Both the position numbers and the translations under genes were made by a program. DNA of 64,000 bases, from assembly GCA_963703315.1 (NCBI GenBank), contig OY969811.1:576001-640000 (forward strand). The letters are read 5' to 3'. The notes below the pieces were generated by a model. That model had not been told where the DNA came from. It made no database searches and saw only the letters and a program-made list of their open reading frames with translations. Shown in pieces: positions 9,809-19,897 of this stretch; within the stretch, counting starts at the first letter, position 1; each line of letters begins with the position of its first letter. This stretch comes from an uncultured cyanobacterium. Its GTDB lineage: Bacteria; Cyanobacteriota; Cyanobacteriia; Pseudanabaenales; Pseudanabaenaceae.

Positions 9809-9945
9809 ACACACCTCCTTTGGTTAGGTAAAATAATAGCAAAGCTATTCTAATCATTATGTCATAGCTTATTTGATTGCATTAGCATGGTACATCGATC
9901 GCCTAAAAGCTATAATCAACCGCAAGTCTATAAATTTTTGTAAAT

Positions 9946-10932
9946 ATGTCGTCCCCAACCCCTGACGTACCAGCGAGCGAGTCTCGCGATGCCCGTACCC
10001 GCCAAATGCTCGGAATGAAAGGTGCGGACATTAAAGAAGCTTCGATCTGGAAGATCCGCTTGCAATTAATGAAACCGATTACGTGGATACCCCTGATGTG
10101 GGGCGTACTCTGCGGTGCTGCCTCCTCTGGTGATTTTACATGGTCAATTGAAAACGTATTGCGATCGCTACTTTGTATGCTCATGTCAGGACCTTTACTG
10201 ACAGGCTATACCCAGACGATTAACGATTACTACGATCGCGAAATTGACGCAATTAACGAACCCTATCGTCCGATTCCATCAGGAGCAATTCCCCTCAATC
10301 AAGTAATTATTCAGATTTTTGTCTTATTGCTAGGTGGTATCGGTGTTGCGGCAATCCTTGATGTGACTGCTGGGCATACTGATTTCATCATGACCAAGTT
10401 AGCGATCGGTGGCTCATTAGTTGCCTATATCTACTCTGCGCCACCTTTGAAGCTCAAGCAGAATGGTTGGCTCGGTAACTATGCTCTTGGAGCTAGCTAT
10501 ATCGCGCTTCCTTGGTGGGCTGGTCACGCGCTTTATGGCACTCTCAACTGGACAATTGTAGTTGTAACGCTGTTCTATAGTCTGGCAGGTTTAGGGATTG
10601 CCGTAGTTAACGACTTTAAGAGCGTGGAAGGCGATCGCGAATTGGGATTGAAATCTCTACCTGTGATGTTTGGAGTGCAGAAAGCTGCATTACTCTCAGC
10701 AACGGCGATCGATGTCTTCCAAATTGGCATCGCTGTTTATCTAGTTACCGTTGGTGAGCAATTACTAGCGAGTTTGATCGTGCTGTTAGTAATTCCGCAG
10801 ATTACATTCCAAGATATGTATTTCCTACGCGATCCCCTCAAGAATGATGTCAAATATCAAGCTAGCGCTCAACCATTTCTAGTAATTGGAATGCTCGTAG
10901 CAGGGATTGCGATGGGACACGCAGGTATCTAG
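9946..10932 (+). CDS. chlG: Chlorophyll synthase
   Basis: RQMLGMKGA, WKIRLQLMKPITWIPL, NDYYDREIDAINEPYRPIPSG, NDFKSVEGD, NDVKYQASAQPF. Confidence 0.97.
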   Translation: MSSPTPDVPASESRDARTRQMLGMKGADIKEASIWKIRLQLMKPITWIPLMWGVLCGAASSGDFTWSIENVLRSLLCMLMSGPLLTGYTQTINDYYDREIDAINEPYRPIPSGAIPLNQVIIQIFVLLLGGIGVAAILDVTAGHTDFIMTKLAIGGSLVAYIYSAPPLKLKQNGWLGNYALGASYIALPWWAGHALYGTLNWTIVVVTLFYSLAGLGIAVVNDFKSVEGDRELGLKSLPVMFGVQKAALLSATAIDVFQIGIAVYLVTVGEQLLASLIVLLVIPQITFQDMYFLRDPLKNDVKYQASAQPFLVIGMLVAGIAMGHAGI

Positions 10933-10940
10933 ACATTACT

Positions 10941-10977
10941 AAACACAAAGGAGGCACATTGTGCCTCCTTTGTGTTT
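10941..10977. terminator. Hairpin just after chlG, probable terminator
   Basis: AAACACAAAGGAGGCAC-ATT-GTGCCTCCTTTGTGTTT, 8 bp after the stop codon. Confidence 0.7.
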
Positions 10978-11066
10978 GAAGGGAAATAGCTCCTAAAGGG
11001 TGATTTAGTGATCCTGAATGTTGCTTATTATCTATAGGCAAAGAGAACCGATCCATCAGAGAAAAT

Positions 11067-12353
11067 TTGCCAATATTCATGATTAAACATAAAGTCCGAA
11101 GACAACAATTGTCGAACAACCGATTAGATAAATCATTGAGCAAGGGCTTAGTCGCTGTAATCGGTGCTTTGCTAGTTTCTTGCTCCGCGAATGCTCCTCA
11201 AGGTGGCGGATTTGGTGCTATTCCTGTACCGATCGCCCCCGTAGAATCAGGGACAGTCTCTGATAGTTCTGATTACGTGGCAAATTTGCAATCGCGCCAA
11301 TCGGTGACGCTGCAACCGCGAGTCGATGGCTATGTGCAGGAAATTTATGTCAAGGCAGGCGATCGCGTAGAAGCAGGTACGCCCATCTTGCGGATTGATC
11401 CTGCTAGACAACAGGCAGCAGTCCAACAATCAGTAGCCGTTGTGGCAAGTTCACAGGCTGACTTTGAGAGTGCCAGAGCCACCCTTGCTCAACTACAAGC
11501 CGCTAAGGAATCGACTTTATCCAGTCTCGATTTTAATCAAAAAGAATATAAACGCTATGCCGATTTAGCATCACAAGGAGCGATCGCTAAGCAAAAGCTT
11601 GATGAAGTTTCTAATAATCTGAGAAATGCAAGGGCGGATTTAGGGAAAATCGATGCTCAAATCACCGCTCAGCAAGCCAATATTAATAGTGCTGCCACAA
11701 GGATTGAAGCATCTCGCGCAGGTGCAGTTCAACAGGAAGTGCAGTTAGATTTCTATACCGTAACGGCTCCTTTTGCGGGAATTGTTGGTGATATTCCAAT
11801 TAAGGTTGGTGATAACGTCAATAGTACTTCGCAACTCACGACCATAACCCAAAATCAAGTATTGGAAGTACAAATTTCGGTTCCTGTTGAGAGTGCGCCG
11901 CGATTGAAAATGGGAATGCCTGTAGAGTTACTAGATGCTCAGGATAAACCTCTTGTAAAAGGTAATGTGGCATTTATCTCGCCAAATATTAATCCACAAA
12001 CTCAATCCGTTTTAGTGAAGGCTAATTTTAATAATGGCAACAATCAACTAAAAGTAAATCAGTTTGTGAGAGCAAGATTGATTTGGTCATCTCGTGCGGG
12101 TGTGCTAGTACCAACTTCCGCGATTTCACGTCTTGGTGGTCAGGATTTTATATTTGTCGCTGAGGAGAGTTCTGTAAATGGAAAGTCTCAATTAATTGCT
12201 AAGCAAAAATCAATTAAGTTAGGAAAAATTACTGGTAATAAGCAAGAGGTTATAGAAGGTTTAACTCCTAAAGATAAGATTGTAGTTGCTGGAATTCTCC
12301 AGTTAAGGGACAATGCCGCGATCGCTCCATTACCTGAAACCCCCAAAAAATAA
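11067..12353 (+). CDS. RND efflux membrane-fusion (periplasmic adaptor) lipoprotein; exact start uncertain
   Basis: Lipobox-like LLVSC; LQPRVDGYVQEIYVKAGDRV; coiled hairpin; VTAPFAGIV; VLVPTSAI. Confidence 0.9.
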   Translation: MPIFMIKHKVRRQQLSNNRLDKSLSKGLVAVIGALLVSCSANAPQGGGFGAIPVPIAPVESGTVSDSSDYVANLQSRQSVTLQPRVDGYVQEIYVKAGDRVEAGTPILRIDPARQQAAVQQSVAVVASSQADFESARATLAQLQAAKESTLSSLDFNQKEYKRYADLASQGAIAKQKLDEVSNNLRNARADLGKIDAQITAQQANINSAATRIEASRAGAVQQEVQLDFYTVTAPFAGIVGDIPIKVGDNVNSTSQLTTITQNQVLEVQISVPVESAPRLKMGMPVELLDAQDKPLVKGNVAFISPNINPQTQSVLVKANFNNGNNQLKVNQFVRARLIWSSRAGVLVPTSAISRLGGQDFIFVAEESSVNGKSQLIAKQKSIKLGKITGNKQEVIEGLTPKDKIVVAGILQLRDNAAIAPLPETPKK

Positions 12354-12383
12354 CTTGTGGAACTTTTACAGCGCTTTGCGCTA

Positions 12384-12436
12384 AAACCTAAGAAGCGAGT
12401 GGCGGCGCATCGCGCCGCCACTCGCTTCTTAGGTTT
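12384..12436. repeat. Perfect palindrome, family D
   Basis: AAACCTAAGAAGCGAGTGGCGGCGC-ATC-GCGCCGCCACTCGCTTCTTAGGTTT. Confidence 0.9.
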
Positions 12437-12443
12437 GCTTTGC

Positions 12444-12547
12444 TAAGTAGCTATGCATAAGTAAACTTAAAACCTAGAAGCTTGTGCCGCCCGCTACGCG
12501 GGCGGCACAAGCTCTGGTTTCGGTTTTTAACTATGCTGAGCTACTTA
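12444..12547. mobile_element. MITE-like element, family A (104 bp)
   Basis: TAAGTAGCTATGCATAAGTAAA ... TTTAACTATGCTGAGCTACTTA; inner hairpin AGCTTGTGCCGCCCGC-TAC-GCGGGCGGCACAAGCT; same length as 5090-5193. Confidence 0.75.
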
Positions 12548-12567
12548 CTAAACAAGATTTGGCATAA

Positions 12568-14736
12568 TTAGAATTTCGTGGAAGCATTGAGATTACTAGA
12601 CTGCTGCAAATTTGCTACCTGTTGTTGGACAGAAGGAGAATACAACCGCAAATAGTTCCAATAGTTACCCAACACCTTGGAAACGTAATCTCTAGTTTCA
12701 TCGTAGGGAATGCTATTCACAAACTCATCGGGATCATTGATGCGCCGTTCTTCTACCCATCGACCTACTGCCCCAGGTCCCGCATTGTAGCTAGCCACTG
12801 CCAGCATCGAGTTATTACCATATCGACTATGCGTATAGTCTAGATACCAAGTTCCAAAATTGATGTTATCTTCTGGTCGATCAAGATTGTAGTTATTCAC
12901 GCCCTTTTTGCTAGCAATCCATGAGCCAGTATCTGGCATGATTTGCATCAACCCGATCGCCCCAGAGCGAGAACGAATTTGCGCCTCAAAGCGTGATTCT
13001 TGGCGCATTAAACCAATCACAAGGGCTGGGGAAAGTTTGCGTTCATTTGCCCAGTTAGAAATCAAATCCCAATAATGGAATGGATAGAGAGAATGGATGT
13101 AAGCAGGGTGCTGCTTCAGTTTAACTATCTCCGCTTTTTGAGTATTGGAGACATCAATCCAATCAAGGCTTTCAAGAGTTCTGATACCCATCAGGTTATC
13201 TTGATTGGCAACCCGTAATACACCATCAGTAAAGATTTCCTTTGGTTCCAAAGTTCGCTTGCCACGCAATTCCGTTAACCATTGCGATCTCGCATCCCGA
13301 TCTAGACCGAGAATATATAGCTCTTGCAGTTTGGCTGATCCCGCAGGCAAAGTCTGTCTGGCACTGGGTAAAGCGATCGCGGGAGTAGTATACCGTGCTG
13401 TAGTAAAAGTACCGACATTCCAACCGAGAGAACTTGCCGATCGCCACGCATAGTAAGAATCAGGATGTTGACGGATGGTGAATTCAAATAACGTTTTGGC
13501 TTTAGCTTTATCACCAATTTGATTAGCCCATTTACCAGCCCAGAAGCTAGCTTCGGCAGTAAAAGTACTATCAGGACTATTAGCAATTAATCCGTCAACT
13601 GTGGCGATCGCCTTCTGGATTTGTCCACCGCGTGCTTGACCTTTGGCAATGCGCCAACGCAATTCCCCCGCATCGTTGCTACTGCCATAGCGACTTAACA
13701 ATAGATTGCGAACATCACTAGCTGCTTTGGGACTATCAAGTTTATCTTGCAAAATTGCAGCCTTAATCCCTAGTGCTTCCCCTGCGGTATCAGGATAATT
13801 GGCGACAATCCGATCAGTGGCAGCGATCGCCGCTTGGGGCGAGTCAATCTGGGTAATCCGAATTAAAGCGCGAGGGGCTTGGGGACTCTGGGGAAATTGC
13901 TGAACAACGCGATTGTAAGCGACGATCGCTGCATCAATTTGTTTGCCACGATGGAGGCTACGGGCGTAATTGTAAGCAGTGCTGGGATTGACTGTAGCGC
14001 GACTGTAAGCATTAGCAGCTTTGCCAAATTCAAAATTATTGTAATAGCCCTCCGCGATCGCCCACCATTGATCGGCTGTGAGTGATGGTGAACTCGCCAC
14101 CAGACGATTTAAAATCGGTACAATCTCTTTAGAATCACTAAAATAAGTCGCCAGATGCGCCATCAGATCCACTCGATTTGGCGTTTGCGCGAGTAGACGC
14201 AATGCGACTTGCTGCGATCGGGGATGAGCAGGAAATTTTTGTAAAAGCTGTTGATTTTGTCCAAGGGCAAACATCGCTTCGGCAGACGCAGGACTATCAG
14301 GGAATTTAGATAAAATCTGTTGCCAAGTTGCAGTTGCCGATTGCCGATCACTAAGTTGAGTTTGTGCCTGTGCGCGTTTGAGCAGAACGTAATCAGCTAA
14401 AATTGGATATTCTGTTTCCAATTTATCAAGAGCGGCGATCGCTTCACGGGGCTTGCGGTTGTTGAGATGAATATCTGCAATTACCAAACGAGCGCGAACA
14501 CGATTTGTATCGGGAATACTAGAGTTTTGCTGTTTGGCTTGAGTTTCTAACTGGGCAATTCTTTGATTGATCGGAGCATAGGTCAGTGGATCAAAGGATT
14601 TACCATCTCCACTACTAGCTAGGCTTGCATTCAGATTCAGATTAGATTCAGAAGAAGCAGTGATTATTGGGGTACTAGCTCCTGCTAATGTAGCACTGAG
14701 CATAAGCACGATTGACCAACGCATTAATTTTCTCAT
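12568..14736 (-). CDS. slt: Soluble lytic transglycosylase with TPR repeats
   Basis: Signal peptide and TPR-like helices; SLT motifs MRQESRF, GAIGLMQIMPDT, ASYNAGPG, IPYDETRDYV. Confidence 0.92.
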   Translation of the reverse strand: MRKLMRWSIVLMLSATLAGASTPIITASSESNLNLNASLASSGDGKSFDPLTYAPINQRIAQLETQAKQQNSSIPDTNRVRARLVIADIHLNNRKPREAIAALDKLETEYPILADYVLLKRAQAQTQLSDRQSATATWQQILSKFPDSPASAEAMFALGQNQQLLQKFPAHPRSQQVALRLLAQTPNRVDLMAHLATYFSDSKEIVPILNRLVASSPSLTADQWWAIAEGYYNNFEFGKAANAYSRATVNPSTAYNYARSLHRGKQIDAAIVAYNRVVQQFPQSPQAPRALIRITQIDSPQAAIAATDRIVANYPDTAGEALGIKAAILQDKLDSPKAASDVRNLLLSRYGSSNDAGELRWRIAKGQARGGQIQKAIATVDGLIANSPDSTFTAEASFWAGKWANQIGDKAKAKTLFEFTIRQHPDSYYAWRSASSLGWNVGTFTTARYTTPAIALPSARQTLPAGSAKLQELYILGLDRDARSQWLTELRGKRTLEPKEIFTDGVLRVANQDNLMGIRTLESLDWIDVSNTQKAEIVKLKQHPAYIHSLYPFHYWDLISNWANERKLSPALVIGLMRQESRFEAQIRSRSGAIGLMQIMPDTGSWIASKKGVNNYNLDRPEDNINFGTWYLDYTHSRYGNNSMLAVASYNAGPGAVGRWVEERRINDPDEFVNSIPYDETRDYVSKVLGNYWNYLRLYSPSVQQQVANLQQSSNLNASTKF

Positions 14737-14804
14737 CCCGATACGTTCTTGATGCTGAGCATCCTAACATTTTTCACAGGTTGACTTATAGCACTTTTAG
14801 TATG

Positions 14805-14835
14805 AAAAGAAACGACGCTTTGCGTCGCTTCTTTT
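14805..14835. repeat. Palindromic hairpin, possible terminator
   Basis: AAAAGAAACGACGC-TTT-GCGTCGCTTCTTTT. Confidence 0.7.
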
Positions 14836-14930
14836 TTATTTTATGTTTTTATGCTTTGGGTTTCTCAAGCACAAAGTTACTAAGCGATCGCTGTACCGAC
14901 ACAATCGAAATTTGAGCGATCGCTTCTACT

Positions 14931-15533
14931 TTAATTATTACTAACTAGCCATACTTTAATATTTGTTTCTAAATTCCCAATATCTTCAGGGCATAGTTTC
15001 CGAATGCGATCATAACGATTAGCCGCTTCTTCTGCGAGAATTCCTCTACCTTGACATCTTGCTGTTAATAGCGATCGCTGTTCGGCAAACTGCACGAAAT
15101 ATCCTTTTTTAGATTTCCTTTCAGCACGAATGTCTGACCAATTCCAATTTCTGGGAAGATCGCTACATCCTGCTAAAACCCATACTTCTAACTCTTGCCA
15201 AGCATTTTCGCCTATAAATTTTTTCGGACTTTGATAGTTCTCAGCTAAAAATTCTTGCGCTCGTTTTTCAAGTCCATCAAGTTTTGCCCGTCTATCTTCA
15301 TTACCATCGCGATCAACACATACCAAGAACAAGTCGGTCATACCGCCATATCTTTGCAAAATTTCTTGAATCTTTTCCCATCGCAGGGCTTCAGCATGAC
15401 CTCGGAGGCGTGGATTTTTACAGACGGTAATTTTTGCTTTTGGCTTACCGATCGCTGTCATCATCGCTCTGACAATCGGTAGCACCATACTCTCATCATT
15501 GACAAAATCCTCAAGAATAATCAGAACATTCAT
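14931..15533 (-). CDS. TOPRIM-like (DUF4276/RloB-like) partner of the ABC ATPase
   Basis: N-terminal VLIILED, central VCVDRD (DxD), ELEVWVLA; 4-bp overlap with the ATPase gene. Confidence 0.65.
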   Translation of the reverse strand: MNVLIILEDFVNDESMVLPIVRAMMTAIGKPKAKITVCKNPRLRGHAEALRWEKIQEILQRYGGMTDLFLVCVDRDGNEDRRAKLDGLEKRAQEFLAENYQSPKKFIGENAWQELEVWVLAGCSDLPRNWNWSDIRAERKSKKGYFVQFAEQRSLLTARCQGRGILAEEAANRYDRIRKLCPEDIGNLETNIKVWLVSNN

Positions 15534-16855
15534 GCGTTCTGCACCTCTTCATCTTCGAGAAAATACATCGCATCTTCTAGCCATCCTGAATCTAGTAAAC
15601 TCGATAAGCCTTCATTAGCCACAAGTTTTCTAGCGTTGGGAATGTCCATAATTTTAGTTATGCGTGACTCGGTGCGATCGCCGATTCGATACATTAAAGA
15701 AGCATATTCAAGGCTTTCAGGGCTTAAGAAATTCAACAAAAGTGGCGAATGGGTTGTGATCACAATTTGCATTGAGCCATTTGAGACTTCTTGTTCCATT
15801 AGTTGCAGCAGCAAGCTTAAACGATTGGGATGGATGCCATTTTCGGGTTCTTCAAAAAAGTAAAAGCGCGATCGCTGATTACCCAAAAGCGCCGCCAATA
15901 GTCCCAAAAATCGTAAAGTTCCATCGGATGCGCTATAAGCAGTTGTTTTCTGACCACTTGCCTCTTCGATTCTCAGTAGAACTTTGCCAGTAAAGTCTTC
16001 GGGAAAATCGAAATCTTTTGCATCCATTGGCGTTAAAGATTGCAACCAATCTAATAAGATCGCCTTGCGGATTTCATCCCTACAAATATCTAACATGACC
16101 GACGATAAATTTTCACCGCGATCACCTAAAACATTTTGACCAGCTAAAGTTGGCAGCCTCATTACTTCTGGACTAAGATCCAGAAATCTCATTTCACTTA
16201 TAGCAGTTACCGCAAGCTCACAAAATTTTTTTGCAATTGAACTATCAAAGTTTTCCCTACCCGCTTGTCCATGTGGCTTAACTCCTTTAGACACCTGAGA
16301 AATTACAGGTATGTAATTTGCTATGTAGTCATATCTTTCTATGGTTATAGGATTAGCATACACATTATAACTTTCCCAATAGTCATAAAAATGAACACCA
16401 TTAGAATTAGAAAAAGCTAATGTGTATGCTGATTGAGATTCAAAAATCGGATATTCTTTTTGCGTGCATTTCAAACTCTCTGAAATGATATATGGAACAG
16501 GATTTGCTAATCTCACTTCAATGTGGTAATCCATGTCATATTGTGTGTCGCCGTCATGAACAGAAAAAGAAATAGCGATCGTAAAAGAATCAGCCCCACA
16601 ATAAGTTATTTCCTTTGTACCGCCGCGAATACCACGCCATTGCAGCACACCACCTTCACCATATTTCTCACCAATGATTTCGGCAATACTATAGCCTCGC
16701 GAAATGCCGTGCAAAAAACGAAATGCATCACGAATATTGCTTTTGCCTGAAGCATTTGTCCCGACTAAAATTGTCAAATCTCCAAGCGAAAGCTCGGCAT
16801 TTTTAAAACTTTTAAAATTTTCTAAACGCAAACTCTTTAGCATTGAAATACTCAA
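15530..16855 (-). CDS. ABC-type (AAA_21/AAA_15-like) ATPase
   Basis: LENFKSF; Walker A GTNASGKSN; signature ASDGTLRF; Walker B/D-loop FFEEPENGIHP; H-loop ITTHSP. Confidence 0.9.
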   Translation of the reverse strand: MSISMLKSLRLENFKSFKNAELSLGDLTILVGTNASGKSNIRDAFRFLHGISRGYSIAEIIGEKYGEGGVLQWRGIRGGTKEITYCGADSFTIAISFSVHDGDTQYDMDYHIEVRLANPVPYIISESLKCTQKEYPIFESQSAYTLAFSNSNGVHFYDYWESYNVYANPITIERYDYIANYIPVISQVSKGVKPHGQAGRENFDSSIAKKFCELAVTAISEMRFLDLSPEVMRLPTLAGQNVLGDRGENLSSVMLDICRDEIRKAILLDWLQSLTPMDAKDFDFPEDFTGKVLLRIEEASGQKTTAYSASDGTLRFLGLLAALLGNQRSRFYFFEEPENGIHPNRLSLLLQLMEQEVSNGSMQIVITTHSPLLLNFLSPESLEYASLMYRIGDRTESRITKIMDIPNARKLVANEGLSSLLDSGWLEDAMYFLEDEEVQNA

Positions 16856-16878
16856 TAAGTAAGTTGTTGGAATTAAAA

Positions 16879-16956
16879 GTAGGATGGGTTAGCGATAGCG
16901 TAACCCATCATTGCCAACTAATAATTGATGCGTTACGTTTCACTAACGCATCCTAC
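16879..16956. repeat. Inverted doublet of GTAG-type REP-like sequences
   Basis: Left unit GTAGGATGGGTTAGCGATAGCGTAACCCATCA; the right unit reads GTAGGATGCGTTAGTGAAACGTAACGCATCA on the minus strand; 15-bp spacer. Confidence 0.75.
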
Positions 16957-16962
16957 ATTTAA

Positions 16963-18363
16963 TTAAGCCTTCGTTTTCTCCAACACAAAGTTACTCAGCG
17001 ATCGCTGTACTGACACAACGGGAATTTGCGAAATTGCCTCCGTTGCAAAGGCATAAGTCAGTAAGTTTGCTGCACTCTCCGCATCAATCGCTCGACTTTG
17101 GAGATAGAAGATTTCTTCAGCATCCAATTGGCTAACCGTTGCACCATGAGCGCACTTGACATTATCCGCAAAAATCTCTAACTGTGGCTTAGTATCCACT
17201 CGTGCTTTGCCCGATAGCAATAGATTACGGCTTAGCTGTGCCGAATCAGTCTGTTGAGCTAACTTTGCCACTTGGATTTTGCCATTAAAAACTGCATGAG
17301 AACGCCCATCGGCGATACACTTGTGCAACTGCTTACTGGAACCATGAGGATAGTTATGAGCAATCACCGAATGGGTATCCGCAAGCTGTTCACCATCGAT
17401 AAATGCCAGCCCTGTTAACGAAGTCTCTGTTTGCGATGCCATCTGCTGCACAATCAAGTTTTGACGCGAAATCTTAGCACCGAAATTGATGGATTGATTT
17501 TTATAGACACTATTCTGTGCTTGGGCGATCGCTGTTGTACTAATATGCACAGACTCATTACCTTGCCACTGCACATTAGTCTGATTGACCTGTGCGCCTT
17601 CCGCTAGCCAAACTTCCGTAACCGAGTTTGTGAAGTAGATTTGATTATCTTCCCCGACAAAGGTTTGGAAGAAGGTCAAATCACTATGGTTTTCGGCAAT
17701 TACTAAACAACGAGGTTGACTGATTAAGGTCGTATTTCCTGCCTGTGGAGCCGAGATAAACAGTAATTGAATCGGATTCTCAACTACAAGATTTTTGGGT
17801 ACAAGAATAATTGCTACATCTGACATACAAGCTGTATTCAGACTTGCAAAATAATCATTTGCATCGGGATGTTGGGCGAGGTGCGATCGCAACTTTGGCA
17901 AAATGCGATCGCCAAGAGTTGATAGCGTACCGAGGACTAAGCCCTCGGTGACATCGCTAATATCCGATAGATCCTTGCGATATTTCCCATTCACAAATAC
18001 AAGGCAATTACCTAGGGATTCTGGTGCAATATTGCGTGCTATTAATGCTTCAATATTTGCGTTACGAGAAGCGATCGCTTCTTGATTAGCAAATGTCAAA
18101 CTCCCTAAAGATGAAACATCGGTATATTTCCATTCTTCATCTTTGGTGGTGGGGAAAGAAAGACTGGATAGGCGATCGCTAGCCAATTGTCGCAAATTGC
18201 CCACAAATTCGCTTGTCTCTTGATCAAGACTAGCCAGATCAGCACGTAAGCTCACAACTTGATTAGTAAACTGTTTGCTATTAACCACCAATTTACTACG
18301 GGTACTCAATGCGCCCTTAAATTCTGATTGATCTTCCAATTGTTCCGAAACTTGAATAGCCAT
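16963..18363 (-). CDS. sufD: Fe-S cluster assembly protein SufD
   Basis: PTTKDEEWKYTD, AVFNGKI, LLLSGKARVDTKPQLEIFADNVKCAHGATV, FYLQSRAI. Confidence 0.95.
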   Translation of the reverse strand: MAIQVSEQLEDQSEFKGALSTRSKLVVNSKQFTNQVVSLRADLASLDQETSEFVGNLRQLASDRLSSLSFPTTKDEEWKYTDVSSLGSLTFANQEAIASRNANIEALIARNIAPESLGNCLVFVNGKYRKDLSDISDVTEGLVLGTLSTLGDRILPKLRSHLAQHPDANDYFASLNTACMSDVAIILVPKNLVVENPIQLLFISAPQAGNTTLISQPRCLVIAENHSDLTFFQTFVGEDNQIYFTNSVTEVWLAEGAQVNQTNVQWQGNESVHISTTAIAQAQNSVYKNQSINFGAKISRQNLIVQQMASQTETSLTGLAFIDGEQLADTHSVIAHNYPHGSSKQLHKCIADGRSHAVFNGKIQVAKLAQQTDSAQLSRNLLLSGKARVDTKPQLEIFADNVKCAHGATVSQLDAEEIFYLQSRAIDAESAANLLTYAFATEAISQIPVVSVQRSLSNFVLEKTKA

Positions 18364-19145
18364 TATGCCAACACCGCCTCTTCTTCTTTGAGCCAGTCAT
18401 AGCCCTTCTCTTCTAGTTCTAGGGCTAATTCCTTACCACCCGTAAGAATGATCCTGCCATTTTCCATTACATGAATGAAGTCAGGAATGATGTAATTGAG
18501 CAAGCGCTGATAGTGAGTAATCACCAGTGAAGAATTTTGAGGCGTTGAGAGTTTATTCACACCACCTGCCACAATCCGCAATGCATCAATATCTAAGCCA
18601 GAATCAGTCTCGTCAAGAATGGCAAGGGTCGGATCGAGAATTGCCATCTGCAAAATCTCATTGCGTTTCTTTTCACCACCCGAAAATCCTTCGTTGACGC
18701 TACGGCTCAAGAATGATGGATTCATTTCCACAATTTCCAACTTTTCTTGAATGAAGTCATCAAAATCAATAATATCTAACTCTTCTAAACCCTTATGCTT
18801 TCGCAAATTGTTATAGGACAATCTCAAGAAGTCAGAATTTGTCACCCCTGGAATTTCCAGTGGATATTGAAAAGCTAAAAATATTCCTTCTCTAGATCTA
18901 ATTTCAGGTTCTAAATCTAAGAGATTTTTGCCCTTATACCAAATCTCGCCACCTGTGACGGTATAGGCAGGATGTCCCGCTAATACTTTGGAGAAGGTGC
19001 TTTTACCAGAGCCATTAGGACCCATAATTGCATGGACTTCACCAGCCTTAATTTCGAGATTTAGCCCTTTAAGAATCTGGACTCCATCCACTTCCGCAGT
19101 CAAATCCTTGACCGATAAAATTACTTCACTATTTTCGACAATCAT
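18363..19145 (-). CDS. sufC: Fe-S cluster assembly ATPase SufC
   Basis: [62 protein letters not shown]. Confidence 0.97.
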   Translation of the reverse strand: MIVENSEVILSVKDLTAEVDGVQILKGLNLEIKAGEVHAIMGPNGSGKSTFSKVLAGHPAYTVTGGEIWYKGKNLLDLEPEIRSREGIFLAFQYPLEIPGVTNSDFLRLSYNNLRKHKGLEELDIIDFDDFIQEKLEIVEMNPSFLSRSVNEGFSGGEKKRNEILQMAILDPTLAILDETDSGLDIDALRIVAGGVNKLSTPQNSSLVITHYQRLLNYIIPDFIHVMENGRIILTGGKELALELEEKGYDWLKEEEAVLA

Positions 19146-19219
19146 CTCTTTTCTTTTAACAGTTACTTAATATTGTAATATGTAGTGGACAGATATTGGC
19201 ATTAGAAGAGTGAGAAACT

Positions 19220-19834
19220 ATGTCTTACAGTGCTTTTACGTTACGCAAAGCGAAGGAAGAACTAAATCTCAATTTTGTCGAAGGTGTAAGGTTTTTACCT
19301 GATTTAGATGTAATTACTCCTAGCACCAACCTGACTGAATTTTTACAAGAAAGTATCCCGCTAGCGATCGCTATGGGATCGGAAAAAGCGCGATCAGAAC
19401 TAATTATTTCGCCAATTCTATTTGAAGTTAGAAAACAGCTTAATCGCCAAATTAGTTTCTTTTCGGGGGAAGAGTTTAATGTTGATGAAAGCATTGGCTT
19501 AAATGGGGTTTGCGACTTCTTGATTAGTCGTTCAACTGAGCAACTTTTTGTAGAATCACCTGTGGTTGCGATCGTGGAAGCAAAAAAGGATGACTTGAAA
19601 TCTGGTTTAGGTCAATGTATTGCCGAAATGGTTGCTGCACAAAGATTTAACTTGAGTCGAGAGAATACTATTGACAAGATTTTTGGCTGTGTGACTAGTG
19701 GGAATCGTTGGATATTTTTGCAACTAAAAGAACAAACTTTAACTATAGACTTAGAAGAATATGTAGTTCCTCCTGTAGATTGGTTGCTTAATGTCCTAGC
19801 TTGGATGTGTAGACCAGATTTATTATTGCTGTAG
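19220..19834 (+). CDS. Conserved cyanobacterial hypothetical protein with a restriction-endonuclease-like PD-(D/E)xK fold
   Basis: SEKARSELIISPIL, LNGVCDFLI, IVEAKK, GLGQCIAEMVAA, GCVTSGNRWIF. Confidence 0.65.
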   Translation: MSYSAFTLRKAKEELNLNFVEGVRFLPDLDVITPSTNLTEFLQESIPLAIAMGSEKARSELIISPILFEVRKQLNRQISFFSGEEFNVDESIGLNGVCDFLISRSTEQLFVESPVVAIVEAKKDDLKSGLGQCIAEMVAAQRFNLSRENTIDKIFGCVTSGNRWIFLQLKEQTLTIDLEEYVVPPVDWLLNVLAWMCRPDLLLL

Positions 19835-19897
19835 GCTATAACTATTAATATAATTAGTTATAAAGTAGTTGATTAATCTTGCTTGTTATAAATATTT

